Source: an uncultured Nitrososphaerota archaeon (lineage in GTDB: Archaea; Thermoproteota; Nitrososphaeria; Conexivisphaerales; DTJL01). Taken from it: a stretch of 64,000 nt of DNA. Of this stretch, positions 39,788-49,207 are shown in pieces. Where the stretch lies: positions 64,001-128,000 of the forward strand of contig CAWJIE010000005.1 in assembly GCA_963842885.1 (NCBI GenBank), given 5' to 3'. Below the pieces are notes generated by a model. It did no database searches. It was not told where the DNA came from and saw only the letters and a program-made list of their open reading frames with translations. Made by a program: the position numbers and the translations under genes. How positions within the stretch are numbered: the stretch's first letter is position 1; the number at the start of each line of letters is the position of its first letter.

Positions 39788-41486
39788 CCTCAGGCTCGGC
39801 GTAGAAGAAGGGATCAGACGCGGTATTCGGATCCAATGCCTTCTTTATCTTGCTCATGTACTTAGGATAGTCATGGCAAGCTGGGCCGAAGCGCTTGTTC
39901 ATTTCACAACCGAACGCAGCGATCGGGATCCCCATAGCCTCCTCGATTGCCGCTTTGCATCCATCCTCGATGATCTCCCCGGAAGCTCTTACCGCCTCGG
40001 GATCTCCAGAGGCATACAGGAAGATACCTTCCATATATCCAAGATGAGAGTTTTCGAACGTGCCACCGCACCCCAGATCACCGCCATCGTCTAGGAAGGT
40101 CCCCTTTTCGATATACTTCTTCTTCGCCCGAGCGACCCATTCCGATTGCGTGATACCCATATCCCAAGTATCGAACGAACCTAACATCGTCGACATCCCC
40201 TGGGAAGGACGGAAGGTCGCCTGTGTGTTGACGGCGTTCCTAATCAACAGCCAGAATAACCGGGAGTCTAGCTGTAACTTCTGACGCTTTCCTAGGGGAA
40301 TGCTGTGGATCACGTCCTGCAGGCGAGGGAAGCGGCGTAGGATTGTGAGCGGGTCTTTGATGTGTTTCAATACAGGCTTCATGATACGGAACATTCGAGG
40401 CGTCATTTTGATGTTCATGGGCACTTTTACGCCGCCCGTCTCCCGCATTATCTGTTTCATCGCGGCCATTTTCCACTTGAATTCGCCATCCGAGTGGCCG
40501 ATCACCGCATTGACCAGCACATGGTGCATTGATTTGTCAAAGAAACCGCTCTCCATCGCAACCTTCAGCTCCTCATTGTTCTCGGTCATTCCGAGAGCGG
40601 ATAAGAACGATGGCGTACGGAAGCAAGCGAAGTCTATCTCAGCCTCTCCGAGCTTGTAGCCGGCATCTGCCATGGCCTTGGCGGAGGGGAAGGCATGCAC
40701 GTTCATCGTCATTCTTTCAGGTAATTTATCAAGAACGTAGACCGGGGATTTTCCTTGGACCTTCCACTGCGCGGGTCCATTCCACTTATAGAGTTTCACC
40801 GCGCACTTTGTGAACACACCGAGTCCTCCGAAGGTCCCTTGAAAACCACGCATGATGCCACGCAGCGAAGGCCCCGGACCGTCGGCTGTGAACCAACCTG
40901 TGCCGACACCGCCGCTGCCAAGGGTCAGGACCTCGCCGTTGGGCAATACCCATTCCACGCCGAGCAGATTACGACCGCTGTAGCTGGTCGCGGGTCCGCT
41001 CGAACCGTATCCCCATGCGGCCGCAGTGGACGCCAGAAGGGAATGATTGGAACCTGCGGAGACCGTGTGGACCGTCAGCCCCAACTTGAAGATCTCTGTC
41101 TGCAGGTCGATGGCGCGGACATAGGGTTCTACGATCGCGACTTGGTTTTTGGCGTCGATGTCAATGATTCTGTTCATACGCTTGAGGTCGAGGATTATCA
41201 CCCGGTCCCTTGAGGCAGCGCAGACTGCGTGGAATCCTGTCGAAAGCGGCTTGGTCATGAGGTGATTCTTGTTGCAGAACCGCATGATCTCTTGGATCTC
41301 CTGTGTGCTCTTGGGCAGCACAACGGCGACTGGACGAGGGAGCCACTTCGACCCATCCTTCACGACGGTCTCCGGATTCATGTAGAGCGAATACGTGTCC
41401 ATCATGCAGGGGGAGGTCGATACCCACTCTTGACCGACAATGTCCTGAAGTCCTTTGGTCTCTTCCTCGGTGATCAATGACAGCAC
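39780..41486 (-). CDS. FAD-binding oxidoreductase (GlcD/VAO family)
   Basis: P.AVVLPKST.EIQ, LDLKRMNRI, GVEWVLPNGE..LGS, GPSL.G..RG..G.LGVFTK, K.ALDPN. Confidence 0.88.
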   Translation of the reverse strand: MLSLITEEETKGLQDIVGQEWVSTSPCMMDTYSLYMNPETVVKDGSKWLPRPVAVVLPKSTQEIQEIMRFCNKNHLMTKPLSTGFHAVCAASRDRVIILDLKRMNRIIDIDAKNQVAIVEPYVRAIDLQTEIFKLGLTVHTVSAGSNHSLLASTAAAWGYGSSGPATSYSGRNLLGVEWVLPNGEVLTLGSGGVGTGWFTADGPGPSLRGIMRGFQGTFGGLGVFTKCAVKLYKWNGPAQWKVQGKSPVYVLDKLPERMTMNVHAFPSAKAMADAGYKLGEAEIDFACFRTPSFLSALGMTENNEELKVAMESGFFDKSMHHVLVNAVIGHSDGEFKWKMAAMKQIMRETGGVKVPMNIKMTPRMFRIMKPVLKHIKDPLTILRRFPRLQDVIHSIPLGKRQKLQLDSRLFWLLIRNAVNTQATFRPSQGMSTMLGSFDTWDMGITQSEWVARAKKKYIEKGTFLDDGGDLGCGGTFENSHLGYMEGIFLYASGDPEAVRASGEIIEDGCKAAIEEAMGIPIAAFGCEMNKRFGPACHDYPKYMSKIKKALDPNTASDPFFYAEPEGG

Positions 41487-41522
41487 CTTCCTCCTAGCTC
41501 CAATTTCCGTGGAGAGACCATA

Positions 41523-43001
41523 TCAAAGCCCCCATTTGCCCCGGTTCAATACCCTATGAGGATCGAATATCCCCTTCATTTTCTTCAACACCTCGTAGCT
41601 CAGCGGGTTTTGCCCGAACACCACGTCGCCGGCTGATCCGTATGGCCTGCTGAAAAAGGCCTCCTTCTGAGCCAGTTTCATCACCGCTTCCTTCTCAAGC
41701 CTGCGCATTAGCTCGACCTCGCTTGGCGTCCCGGGATCGAAGGGGCACATGAGCTCCACGTGGCAGGCATGGTTCTGAATGACAGGTTGTATGTAAACTC
41801 CGACAGACTCCTTCTCAATGGCATTTTTGCCGGCCAGATCAATGAAGACATCTACGAGTCCGGGCGCCCTATCAAGGGTCGTCAGGAAGAACAGGGAAAG
41901 GCAATGTCCTTTCAAACGATGACGCCAGTCAGTTTCGCCGCACGGACGTGTCGCCATATCCAGCAGAACCCTAGCTTGGATATTTCCCTGAGATGTCGTC
42001 ATGCTGAGCCTGTTCCCATTGGCGATGGATTCTATGTCCTTGCGCTGATACTCGACCCTTGACTTGGGCATCCTTTCAAATCCCGCGACGTTCACCAGGC
42101 AGACATAACTGGGAAGTGAGCTCCTTATTGCTTCGAATTGCCCTCCGCCCTGCGCGCTCACGAGCATGGCCGCCGCGGTGCGATCGAGAACAAAGAAATG
42201 CTCCCCTAACCATTGCCTTTGGACGTCGTAGATGAACGGGATCAACGCCAGGAGCGAATCCGCACCGAGAAGGAAAGGATGCTCGAGGGACGGTTTGAGC
42301 TCCGTGCGCATCGTGATCCATGTCACTATGCCCATAGTGCCCTGGGAACCTTGGATGACGCGGTGAAAATCCGTCTGAGATGGGCCCTGAGAGGATTTCT
42401 GGGCACCTCCCACAGCACGCTGCTGCTCAAGCGTCCCGGGACCGCCTGCCGCGCCGGTGCGGAACATCTCTCCGTTCCCGAAAATGAACTCCGTGCTCCC
42501 TACTGGGTCACTGATGTCCCACTGTCTATTTGGCCATATGGTGGGCTCTCGGTCCATCACCGATGCAACGACGCTCTTGCCGATGCGAGGCGAGAGCGGC
42601 ATCGGAACGGTCATTCCATACGGCTCAAGGGCCTTCAGCAATTCTCCGTAGGTAACGCCGGGCTCGATCAGGCAGACACGGTTTCGCCTGTTAATCCAAG
42701 GGATCTGCCTCCATTGGGACAGGTCTATCAAGATGTTCTCTTCCTTTGCCGCAAACCCGCCCTTGCCATGGACGCCCGTGGAGGAGGACACCGTCAGATC
42801 CAGACCGATTTCATTGGCAAGCCGCAACAATCCCTGTAATTCGTCCACTTTGGAAGGGCGGAGTATATAGGAAGGCTTCACCGCCCAATCTATGATAGGA
42901 TTCGATTGTTGAAAAGTGCCGATGTCGTCGGGATCACTGCTGACGGTACCCTCATGCAGAACCGAGCGCAGGCGTTCTCCAAGTTCAGGACCCGAGATCA
43001 C
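41523..43001 (-). CDS. FAD-binding oxidoreductase (GlcD/VAO family), second subunit
   Basis: IEPGVTYG, G.QGTMGIVT, K..FDP.RVLN.G. Confidence 0.88.
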   Translation of the reverse strand: MISGPELGERLRSVLHEGTVSSDPDDIGTFQQSNPIIDWAVKPSYILRPSKVDELQGLLRLANEIGLDLTVSSSTGVHGKGGFAAKEENILIDLSQWRQIPWINRRNRVCLIEPGVTYGELLKALEPYGMTVPMPLSPRIGKSVVASVMDREPTIWPNRQWDISDPVGSTEFIFGNGEMFRTGAAGGPGTLEQQRAVGGAQKSSQGPSQTDFHRVIQGSQGTMGIVTWITMRTELKPSLEHPFLLGADSLLALIPFIYDVQRQWLGEHFFVLDRTAAAMLVSAQGGGQFEAIRSSLPSYVCLVNVAGFERMPKSRVEYQRKDIESIANGNRLSMTTSQGNIQARVLLDMATRPCGETDWRHRLKGHCLSLFFLTTLDRAPGLVDVFIDLAGKNAIEKESVGVYIQPVIQNHACHVELMCPFDPGTPSEVELMRRLEKEAVMKLAQKEAFFSRPYGSAGDVVFGQNPLSYEVLKKMKGIFDPHRVLNRGKWGL

Positions 43002-44305
43002 ATTCGCTCACCTCGGTCGATCTCTGCGGCCTCGTAAACAAGATCGACGATATCGACAACCGGAAGCAGTGGTTTCTCCAAGGATTGTTGGGACTCGGAC
43101 AGGTTCGCTCTGCAGTGATGACATGCTGTGACCAGACACTCAGCTCCCACATCCACCGCTTCTTCCAAACGGTCAAGAGCCGTTGAGCGCGCTAGATCCG
43201 GATATGCCAAGGGGACCCCGCCACCTCCTCCGCAACAATACGAGTATTCACGAATCCGATGCATCTCGATGAAATCGAGCCCTCTAATCGCACGTAGAAT
43301 CTGACGCGGTGGATCATAGACACCATTCACCCCTCGGTTGATCTCTTTGGGGGGTTCGGTGTAGGTCATGCAACCCCGGGTGACTTTTTGCTCCCCTTTC
43401 CATGTGAGGGGCGGTTCGCTCTGACGTCCAAGGTAACATGGATCGTGATAGGTCACCTTTCGCCTGATAGGATTGGGCAAGCGCAGACGGTTATCAGCTA
43501 TCAACTGCGCCAAGAACTCGGTAATATGCAGGACTTTGGCCTTGGGCGCCCTCGCATACTCAGGATACTTGGAACGGAAAGCTCCCAGGCACGACCCGGA
43601 CAGGACAACGACCGTCCCGATCTTCATATCGTCGAGCATATCCACCAGATGGTTTGCTGTGTTCGCAAAGACATCTCTGTGTCCTGTCCAGTAAGCTGGC
43701 AGCCCGCAGCTCGTTTCATTCTCTCGCAGGATGCCGAAATCCACCTCTGCTTGCTTCAGAAGGATGGCGCACTTTCGGGCTACTTCTGTGGCTCCTGGGT
43801 CGCATCGCATGCAACCCGTAAATAGGAGAATCGGCGCTTCTTGGTTCGGCAATATCTTCAATCCCAGGTCTTCTGCCCAACTCAGACCTTGATCCTCTGT
43901 CCTTCCCTCTGGATTTCCATATTCTTGAAGATTCTTTATCATGGACCGATGGGCAGGCAAAGCAAATCCTTCGTCCACAATGTGCTCTCTGAGCGCCATG
44001 TTCACTGCGTGGCGTTCCGCATCCATGATGAATTTGCAGGAAACATCACAGAGTCCGCATGCAGTGCAGGCGAACGTGATATCAGCAAGCGCTTGATCGA
44101 CCTGGATGCGGCCATTGACCAATGAGAGTGCCATGATGCTCTTGCCTGACCCTGAATATCCATGGAAATGGTACAGGTGGCTGGCTGGGCAACCATCAGC
44201 ATATTTCGGGTTCAGTACCGTTGGTAGTGGCACCATTTTGCACAAAGAGCATCTGATGCACTTCTGCATCTCCGGTTCCAGATCTTTGAGTCTAGACAAG
44301 GACAT
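42998..44305 (-). CDS. (Fe-S)-binding CCG-domain protein (GlcF/HdrD-like)
   Basis: CIRCSLC, CTACGLCDVSC, TYHDPCYLGR, CCGGGGG, TACHHC. Confidence 0.9.
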   Translation of the reverse strand: MSLSRLKDLEPEMQKCIRCSLCKMVPLPTVLNPKYADGCPASHLYHFHGYSGSGKSIMALSLVNGRIQVDQALADITFACTACGLCDVSCKFIMDAERHAVNMALREHIVDEGFALPAHRSMIKNLQEYGNPEGRTEDQGLSWAEDLGLKILPNQEAPILLFTGCMRCDPGATEVARKCAILLKQAEVDFGILRENETSCGLPAYWTGHRDVFANTANHLVDMLDDMKIGTVVVLSGSCLGAFRSKYPEYARAPKAKVLHITEFLAQLIADNRLRLPNPIRRKVTYHDPCYLGRQSEPPLTWKGEQKVTRGCMTYTEPPKEINRGVNGVYDPPRQILRAIRGLDFIEMHRIREYSYCCGGGGGVPLAYPDLARSTALDRLEEAVDVGAECLVTACHHCRANLSESQQSLEKPLLPVVDIVDLVYEAAEIDRGERM

Positions 44306-44595
44306 GCCGTTGCACGTTCCTCTGCTAATGAGCAACTGGCGCCTAAAAGGATATTGGACTCCGCCAGAACGATATTCTTTGGCCGCATTGTGATCGTTTT
44401 AAAGCCTTCCTAAGCCGCTTCACTCTATTCATCATTTGCACCGTTTTGCAAAATAGCGGAAATCTAGAAAGAGGAAAAAGTATGTTACATTTTTTCAATG
44501 CTTTCCGACACGGCGGTTATTGGGTGAGCGGTGGCGACCCGATTTCCCCCGGGGCAGTCAAGAGTCCTTCAGGCCGATCTGTTCTCGGGCGAGAC

Positions 44596-44872
44596 TTCAG
44601 GTGCAGATTGCCTGCGCCATCGGTGTGGCGGAGCCCATCTCCGTCTTCGTGACGACCTTCGGCACCGGGAGAATCCCCGACGATAAGATAATGGAGCTGG
44701 TCAAGAAGGACTTCGACCTGCGCCCCGGCATGATCATCAAGCGCTTGGACCTTCTGAGGCCCATCTACAGGAAGACGGCCTGCTCGGGCACTTCGGGAGG
44801 AACGAGCCCGAGTTCACCTGGGAGAGGACAGACGTGGCCGATCATCTGCGGCAGCTGGCTGGACTGAAGTAG
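44596..44872 (+). pseudogene. metK: C-terminal fragment of bacterial/eukaryote-type S-adenosylmethionine synthetase
   Basis: [37 protein letters not shown], then (frameshifted) GHFGR....FTWE.TD. Confidence 0.85.
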
Positions 44873-44933
44873 CACACGGATTCAGCGTAGCTCAGTTCAC
44901 TCCGGGCTGGCCATTAGCGCTGTCGGCGAGCCT

Positions 44934-45929
44934 TCAGAGGTAACCATTATCGCGGTACCATTCTAAGGTCTCGCTTAGTCCATCTCTCAGCCCGAAAGAT
45001 GGCCGATACCCCAGCTCCCTCGTCGCCTTCGCCGAGGAGAAGGCCCGGTCGCAAGTCACCGAGTCCACCGTGCCCGTGCGCCACATGAAGCTCTCCCTCC
45101 CCGCTACAGCGTTGAAGGCCTCGACGGGGGCCATCATCGCCTTCGCCAAGGCCTTGGGAAGGTGCCTGACGGGAGGCTTTCGTCCGCAGAGCTCGGCCAT
45201 TATGGAGTACAGGTCCGTGTACGTCCAAGCATGGTCATCGGTTATGATGTACGTCTGGCCATTGGCCGCCTCGGGGTTTTCTAGGGCTAGGGCGAAGGCG
45301 CTGACCACGTCTCGAACGTGGACGAACTGCACCAGGTTCCTCCCGCTGCCTACGATGAATTTCGTGGCCAAAGAGCCCTTGGCGAAGGATGTGATGAACC
45401 AGTAGGCGACGTCGTCGACGTTCTTGGGGCCGTATACGCCAGACGGACGGATGATGGTCCAGTCGATGCCGTCCGCCGTTGACTCCCTGACCGCCTTCTC
45501 CGCCGCCACCTTGGACCGTCCGTATTCGTAGGAGGGCCTCAGAGGCGTATCCTCGTCGGCCGGGGGCGATTCCACGGGGCCGATGGCCTCCGTGCTGCTG
45601 CAATAGATGAACCTCCTGACGCCGTTGGCGACGCAGGCCCGGAGGAGGGAACGCGTCCCTTCCACGTTCACCTCGTCGTAGAGCTCCCTTTTCCCGAAGA
45701 AGGTGTAGTAGGCGGCAAGGTGGATAACCGCCTCCATACCTTCGGTCGCCACAATGAGGCTCTTTGCATCCGTAAGGTCAGCGATCCTAATCTGCGCGCC
45801 GGCCACGCCATCCGTTGTCGCCTTGCGTGCCATACCGGTTACCTCATGCCCCCGGCGGACCAACTCTTCGACAATGTACCCTCCAATGAAGCCGGTCGCG
45901 CCCGTCACCAATACCTTCGTCGGGCTCAC
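44934..45929 (-). CDS. NAD-dependent epimerase/dehydratase
   Basis: VLVTGATGFIG, HLAA, YGRSK, RP..VYGP, FVHVRD. Confidence 0.92.
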   Translation of the reverse strand: MSPTKVLVTGATGFIGGYIVEELVRRGHEVTGMARKATTDGVAGAQIRIADLTDAKSLIVATEGMEAVIHLAAYYTFFGKRELYDEVNVEGTRSLLRACVANGVRRFIYCSSTEAIGPVESPPADEDTPLRPSYEYGRSKVAAEKAVRESTADGIDWTIIRPSGVYGPKNVDDVAYWFITSFAKGSLATKFIVGSGRNLVQFVHVRDVVSAFALALENPEAANGQTYIITDDHAWTYTDLYSIMAELCGRKPPVRHLPKALAKAMMAPVEAFNAVAGRESFMWRTGTVDSVTCDRAFSSAKATRELGYRPSFGLRDGLSETLEWYRDNGYL

Positions 45930-46255
45930 CCCAGGAGGACGCGGCCTTCTCGGCTGTGGACGGCGTAAGTAAGGGACAGAGCTAGGTTCACACCATCAAA
46001 CGGCTCGGCGGAGCTCCTCATGTACATGTCCTCGACCGGCGTGACCCGGTAGACGCCTGCTACCCCGCCTTCAAGCATTTCGTCGGGATCGAAGCTCGGC
46101 TGCACGATGCATTGATGCACAACTTGAGTATTAAGCGTGATGGACAGGAGGCCCATTCGCAGGTCCAAGCCGACGTCCCTGACCTCCAACGCTTCGGTAC
46201 CAAGACACGTAAGAACGAAGAGTATCAAAGATATGAAGGAAGGAGAGTTGGGAGG

Positions 46256-46345
46256 ATGTGGTACACGAAGACAAGACTGCTCATAGTCATAATCATAATA
46301 GTGGTGGTCACCGCGGCCATTGCCCTATTGAAAAGGTCCGTCTGA
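46256..46345 (+). CDS. 29-aa single-TM peptide MWYTKTRLLIVIIIIVVVTAAIALLKRSV
   Basis: Purine-rich GGAGG upstream; clean hydrophobic helix flanked by basic residues; lies between repeats 1 and 2. Confidence 0.5.
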   Translation: MWYTKTRLLIVIIIIVVVTAAIALLKRSV

Positions 46346-46522
46346 AGAGATAGCACCAGATTCAGACATCGATGCTTCGCAGGTCCAAGCCGAGGCGTCA
46401 CCCGTCAGCGGAGGAATCCCGTCGTTCTTGAACTCGACTGGCCCAATACCTCAATCGATATTAGGAAGGCTGACAACGATTCGGTCAGCAGGTAGATCTC
46501 CTTGGTTGACAGGCCAGCATCC

Positions 46523-47101
46523 ATGAAGTCTAGATACGGCTTGGGCGCGGCGGGAGCACTCTTGCTCTTGGCCGGGACCGTTAACGTCATCTTCAACATG
46601 GTCTCTGAAGGGACATATCCTGGTTACAACCTCGGCACCAACGCTCTGAGCGACATGGGCGCAATCGGCTCGCCAACGTTTCTCCTCTGGAATGGTCAGT
46701 TGCTGGTCACTGGGATCCTCTCATTCATAGGGGTCGTAATATTCCTGCGAAGCTCGGCTCTCCCAATTCCTAACATCAGAACTGCTTGGGTCTTGTATGT
46801 CTTGCCGCCGTTGGGATCAATCATCGTTTCTCTCTTTCCTGAGAATTCGGTTTTGGCCATTCACGCAGTAGGTGCCTTTATGGTCTTTATTTTTGGAGGT
46901 CTTGGGTCTATCTACGCATATAGGTTCACGAAGTCCCCGTTCAGGTATCTATCGGTACTCTTGGGAGCGGTGTCTCTGCTGGCCATATCCCTCTTCGGCA
47001 TTCCGTCGGTCGTCGGCTTTGGCGTCGCAGAGCGCCTGGTCGTGTACTCGTTCAACATCTGGACCATTTGTTTTGCAGGATACCTGATGTCAAGAGAATG
47101 A
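46523..47101 (+). CDS. DUF998 family membrane protein
   Basis: E..YPGY....NALSDMG, SLFPE, H..GA...F, G.AERL. Confidence 0.8.
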   Translation: MKSRYGLGAAGALLLLAGTVNVIFNMVSEGTYPGYNLGTNALSDMGAIGSPTFLLWNGQLLVTGILSFIGVVIFLRSSALPIPNIRTAWVLYVLPPLGSIIVSLFPENSVLAIHAVGAFMVFIFGGLGSIYAYRFTKSPFRYLSVLLGAVSLLAISLFGIPSVVGFGVAERLVVYSFNIWTICFAGYLMSRE

Positions 47102-47250
47102 ACAGCTCCACCAGAGGACGATAGGTCTGAATGCGAATTGGGCTACATCGAAATCTTGCCACGAAATCAGCCCATTTTTCGCAGGTCCAAGCCCACGCCT
47201 TGGGATACCTATTGAAATACTGGTCAGCCTTACAATACTGGGGCGAGTTC

Positions 47251-47670
47251 ATGAGTAGAGCCGGTGACTACAACGCGCAGAACATTGCGGAGTTCCGCAG
47301 GAATCACGGAAAAGTCGGAGGCTACTTCGAGGGAGCTCCGTTGCTGCTGCTCCACACCGTCGGGAGACGCAGCGGCAAACCTCGCACCAACCCGATGATG
47401 TACCTCAAAGACGGGGAGCGTTACGTGGTGTTCGCGTCCAAAGGTGGTGCGGATACCCATCCGGACTGGTACTACAACCTCATGGCCCACGCTGACGTCC
47501 AGATCGAGGTCGGCGACGAGACGATTGACGTGCATGCTGAAGAGATCACCGGCCTTGAACACGACAGAATCTACAGGCGCCAAGCCACCCTCTATCCCCA
47601 GTTCGCCGACTACCAACGCAAGACCAAGAGAATCATCCCAGTCGTCGCTCTCACCAAGAAGAAGAAATAG
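47251..47670 (+). CDS. deazaflavin (F420)-dependent nitroreductase family protein (Ddn-like)
   Basis: N...IAEFR.N.G, LLLHT.GRRSGKPR..P, ASKGG...HPDWY.NL, YQ.KT.R.IPVV. Confidence 0.92.
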   Translation: MSRAGDYNAQNIAEFRRNHGKVGGYFEGAPLLLLHTVGRRSGKPRTNPMMYLKDGERYVVFASKGGADTHPDWYYNLMAHADVQIEVGDETIDVHAEEITGLEHDRIYRRQATLYPQFADYQRKTKRIIPVVALTKKKK

Positions 47671-47699
47671 AGAGGAAGTTTGTTGAAGTCCCGCCTTGA

Positions 47700-47750
47700 T
47701 TCAATTAACTTATTGACTTCAATAACATAAAGATGATTAACCTATTGAGA
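47700..47750. promoter_or_regulatory. AT-rich inverted-repeat cluster next to the tRNA 3' end
   Basis: TTATTGA-CT-TCAATAA perfect inverted repeat; TTAAC(T/C)TATTGA occurs twice. Confidence 0.45.
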
Positions 47751-47817
47751 GTCCTCTGTTCGGGCCTAAGCGCTGCACGTCGACCTAATTCATACCTCCG
47801 GATACGAATAGTTCAAT

Positions 47818-47967
47818 TGGTAGCCCGGGAAGGATTCGAACCCTCGTCACCAGGGGTCTCCTCCCAACAGCGCCAAGGAGTCTTGTTCTAGCCCACGGCT
47901 GTCAGGATCCAGAGCCTGGTATCCTTGGCCGCTAGACTCGGCGGCGCACCTGCGCCTCGACCGGGCT
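47818..47967 (-). tRNA. tRNA-Gln(CUG) with two introns (10/11: 47937-47957; 37/38: 47856-47908) and encoded CCA
   Basis: Spliced sequence AGCCCGGTCGTCTAGCGGCCAAGGATACCAGGCTCTGGCCCTGGTGACGAGGGTTCGAATCCTTCCCGGGCTACCA folds as a cloverleaf; both junctions form 4-bp helix/3-nt bulge motifs. Confidence 0.93.
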
Positions 47968-48035
47968 TCAGGGCTACCGTATGAACAGGCTTTTTGTAGG
48001 TATAAGTCCTTTTCTGAACGGAAGGTCACCCAAGT

Positions 48036-49166
48036 CTACTGAGACAACTTCATGTATTCGGACACTGCCTTGCCGGTGTCGAACCCTGGAAGTTCAGCCG
48101 TGACCCCTTCGCCGAAGGCGGCCAAGGCGAGGAGGAGTTGGTCCTTTGTGACGTTCCCCATGTGACCCACTCGAATCATGTCGTCCTTGTGCGTGTCAAC
48201 CCCCCTTGCGACCAAGATGTTGTGCCTGGCGAGTATGGACTGGTGTATCTTCGCCGCGTCCTTGACTTTGATCGTCGTTACGGTGGGGCTGGGGTCCCTG
48301 GCCCAGAGCTGGACGCCGCCTTTGACGAGAGCCTCCCTGAAGGCGGAGGACAGGATTGTGTGCCTCTTCCAACGGCTTTCTAGCCCCTCCTCCTTGACCA
48401 TCTCCAATGCCACACGCAGTGCTCGCAGGATCGGCACGGTGGGGGTGGTGACATAGATTTGAGGGTCCTTCATCACCTCTAACCAGTTCTGCAGGTTGAA
48501 ATAGTACGATGGGATCGGTGTCTTCCTCTTCTGGACGAGGTCCACCGCCCGCGTGGACAGGGCCATCAGCATCGCGCCGGGTGGCGCGGCCAGGGCCTTC
48601 TGAGATCCGGCGAAGGCGACGTCCAAGTCCCAGTCGTCGAACCTGAGCTCGGCGCCTCCCAGACCGCAGACGGCGTCGACCAGGGACAGGGCCCCGTGGC
48701 GGCGCGCGACCGAAGCCAGGTCCTTTACGTTGTTGATCACGCCCATGCTCGTCTCGATGTGGGTGATCAGGACAGCCTTGTACGCGTCCTTCGAAAGCAT
48801 TTCGTCGAGGACCTTTGGGTCGGCAGCTTGGCCCTCGGGGGGACTGTAGACGGTGGTCTCCGCTCCGTATATCCTCGAGACGTTCGTGTAGCGCTTGCCA
48901 AAATAACCCAGCTCGATGGAAAGTACCCTGTCACCCTTCTCAAACAGGCTGGCTGCAGAAGATTCTATCCCGAAGGTCCCAGAGCCGGAGAATACGATGA
49001 CGTCCCCCTTGGCCTGAAAGACGTACCTCGTCAGGTCTAGGATCTGCAGGAATTCGTTCTCGAACTCCTTCGATGTGTGCCCCACCATGGGGAGGGACAT
49101 CGCCTGAAGGACGCGAGGATGGAGGTTCGTCGGGCCCGGAATCATGACAAGAGTGGGATCTGCCAT
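48036..49166 (-). CDS. class V PLP aminotransferase (alanine-glyoxylate/serine-pyruvate type)
   Basis: MIPGPT, GSGT, THIETS.GV, VDAV, GSQKAL.APPG, IRVGHMG. Confidence 0.92.
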   Translation of the reverse strand: MADPTLVMIPGPTNLHPRVLQAMSLPMVGHTSKEFENEFLQILDLTRYVFQAKGDVIVFSGSGTFGIESSAASLFEKGDRVLSIELGYFGKRYTNVSRIYGAETTVYSPPEGQAADPKVLDEMLSKDAYKAVLITHIETSMGVINNVKDLASVARRHGALSLVDAVCGLGGAELRFDDWDLDVAFAGSQKALAAPPGAMLMALSTRAVDLVQKRKTPIPSYYFNLQNWLEVMKDPQIYVTTPTVPILRALRVALEMVKEEGLESRWKRHTILSSAFREALVKGGVQLWARDPSPTVTTIKVKDAAKIHQSILARHNILVARGVDTHKDDMIRVGHMGNVTKDQLLLALAAFGEGVTAELPGFDTGKAVSEYMKLSQ

Positions 49167-49207
49167 GTCAGTTGGCACTCAGCCAAGGGTCAGGCTGAGC
49201 CACGGCT

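Larger units (their letters stand above)
46156..47193 (+). repeat. three identical 16-bp direct repeats TTCGCAGGTCCAAGCC (46156, 46376, 47178)
   Basis: Exact matches, all intergenic, each preceding one co-oriented ORF. Confidence 0.9.

Noticed and set aside
46156-47193. CRISPR array from the 16-bp repeats
   Set aside because: Repeat is too short, spacing is 220 and 802 bp with whole genes between, and no cas genes are present.
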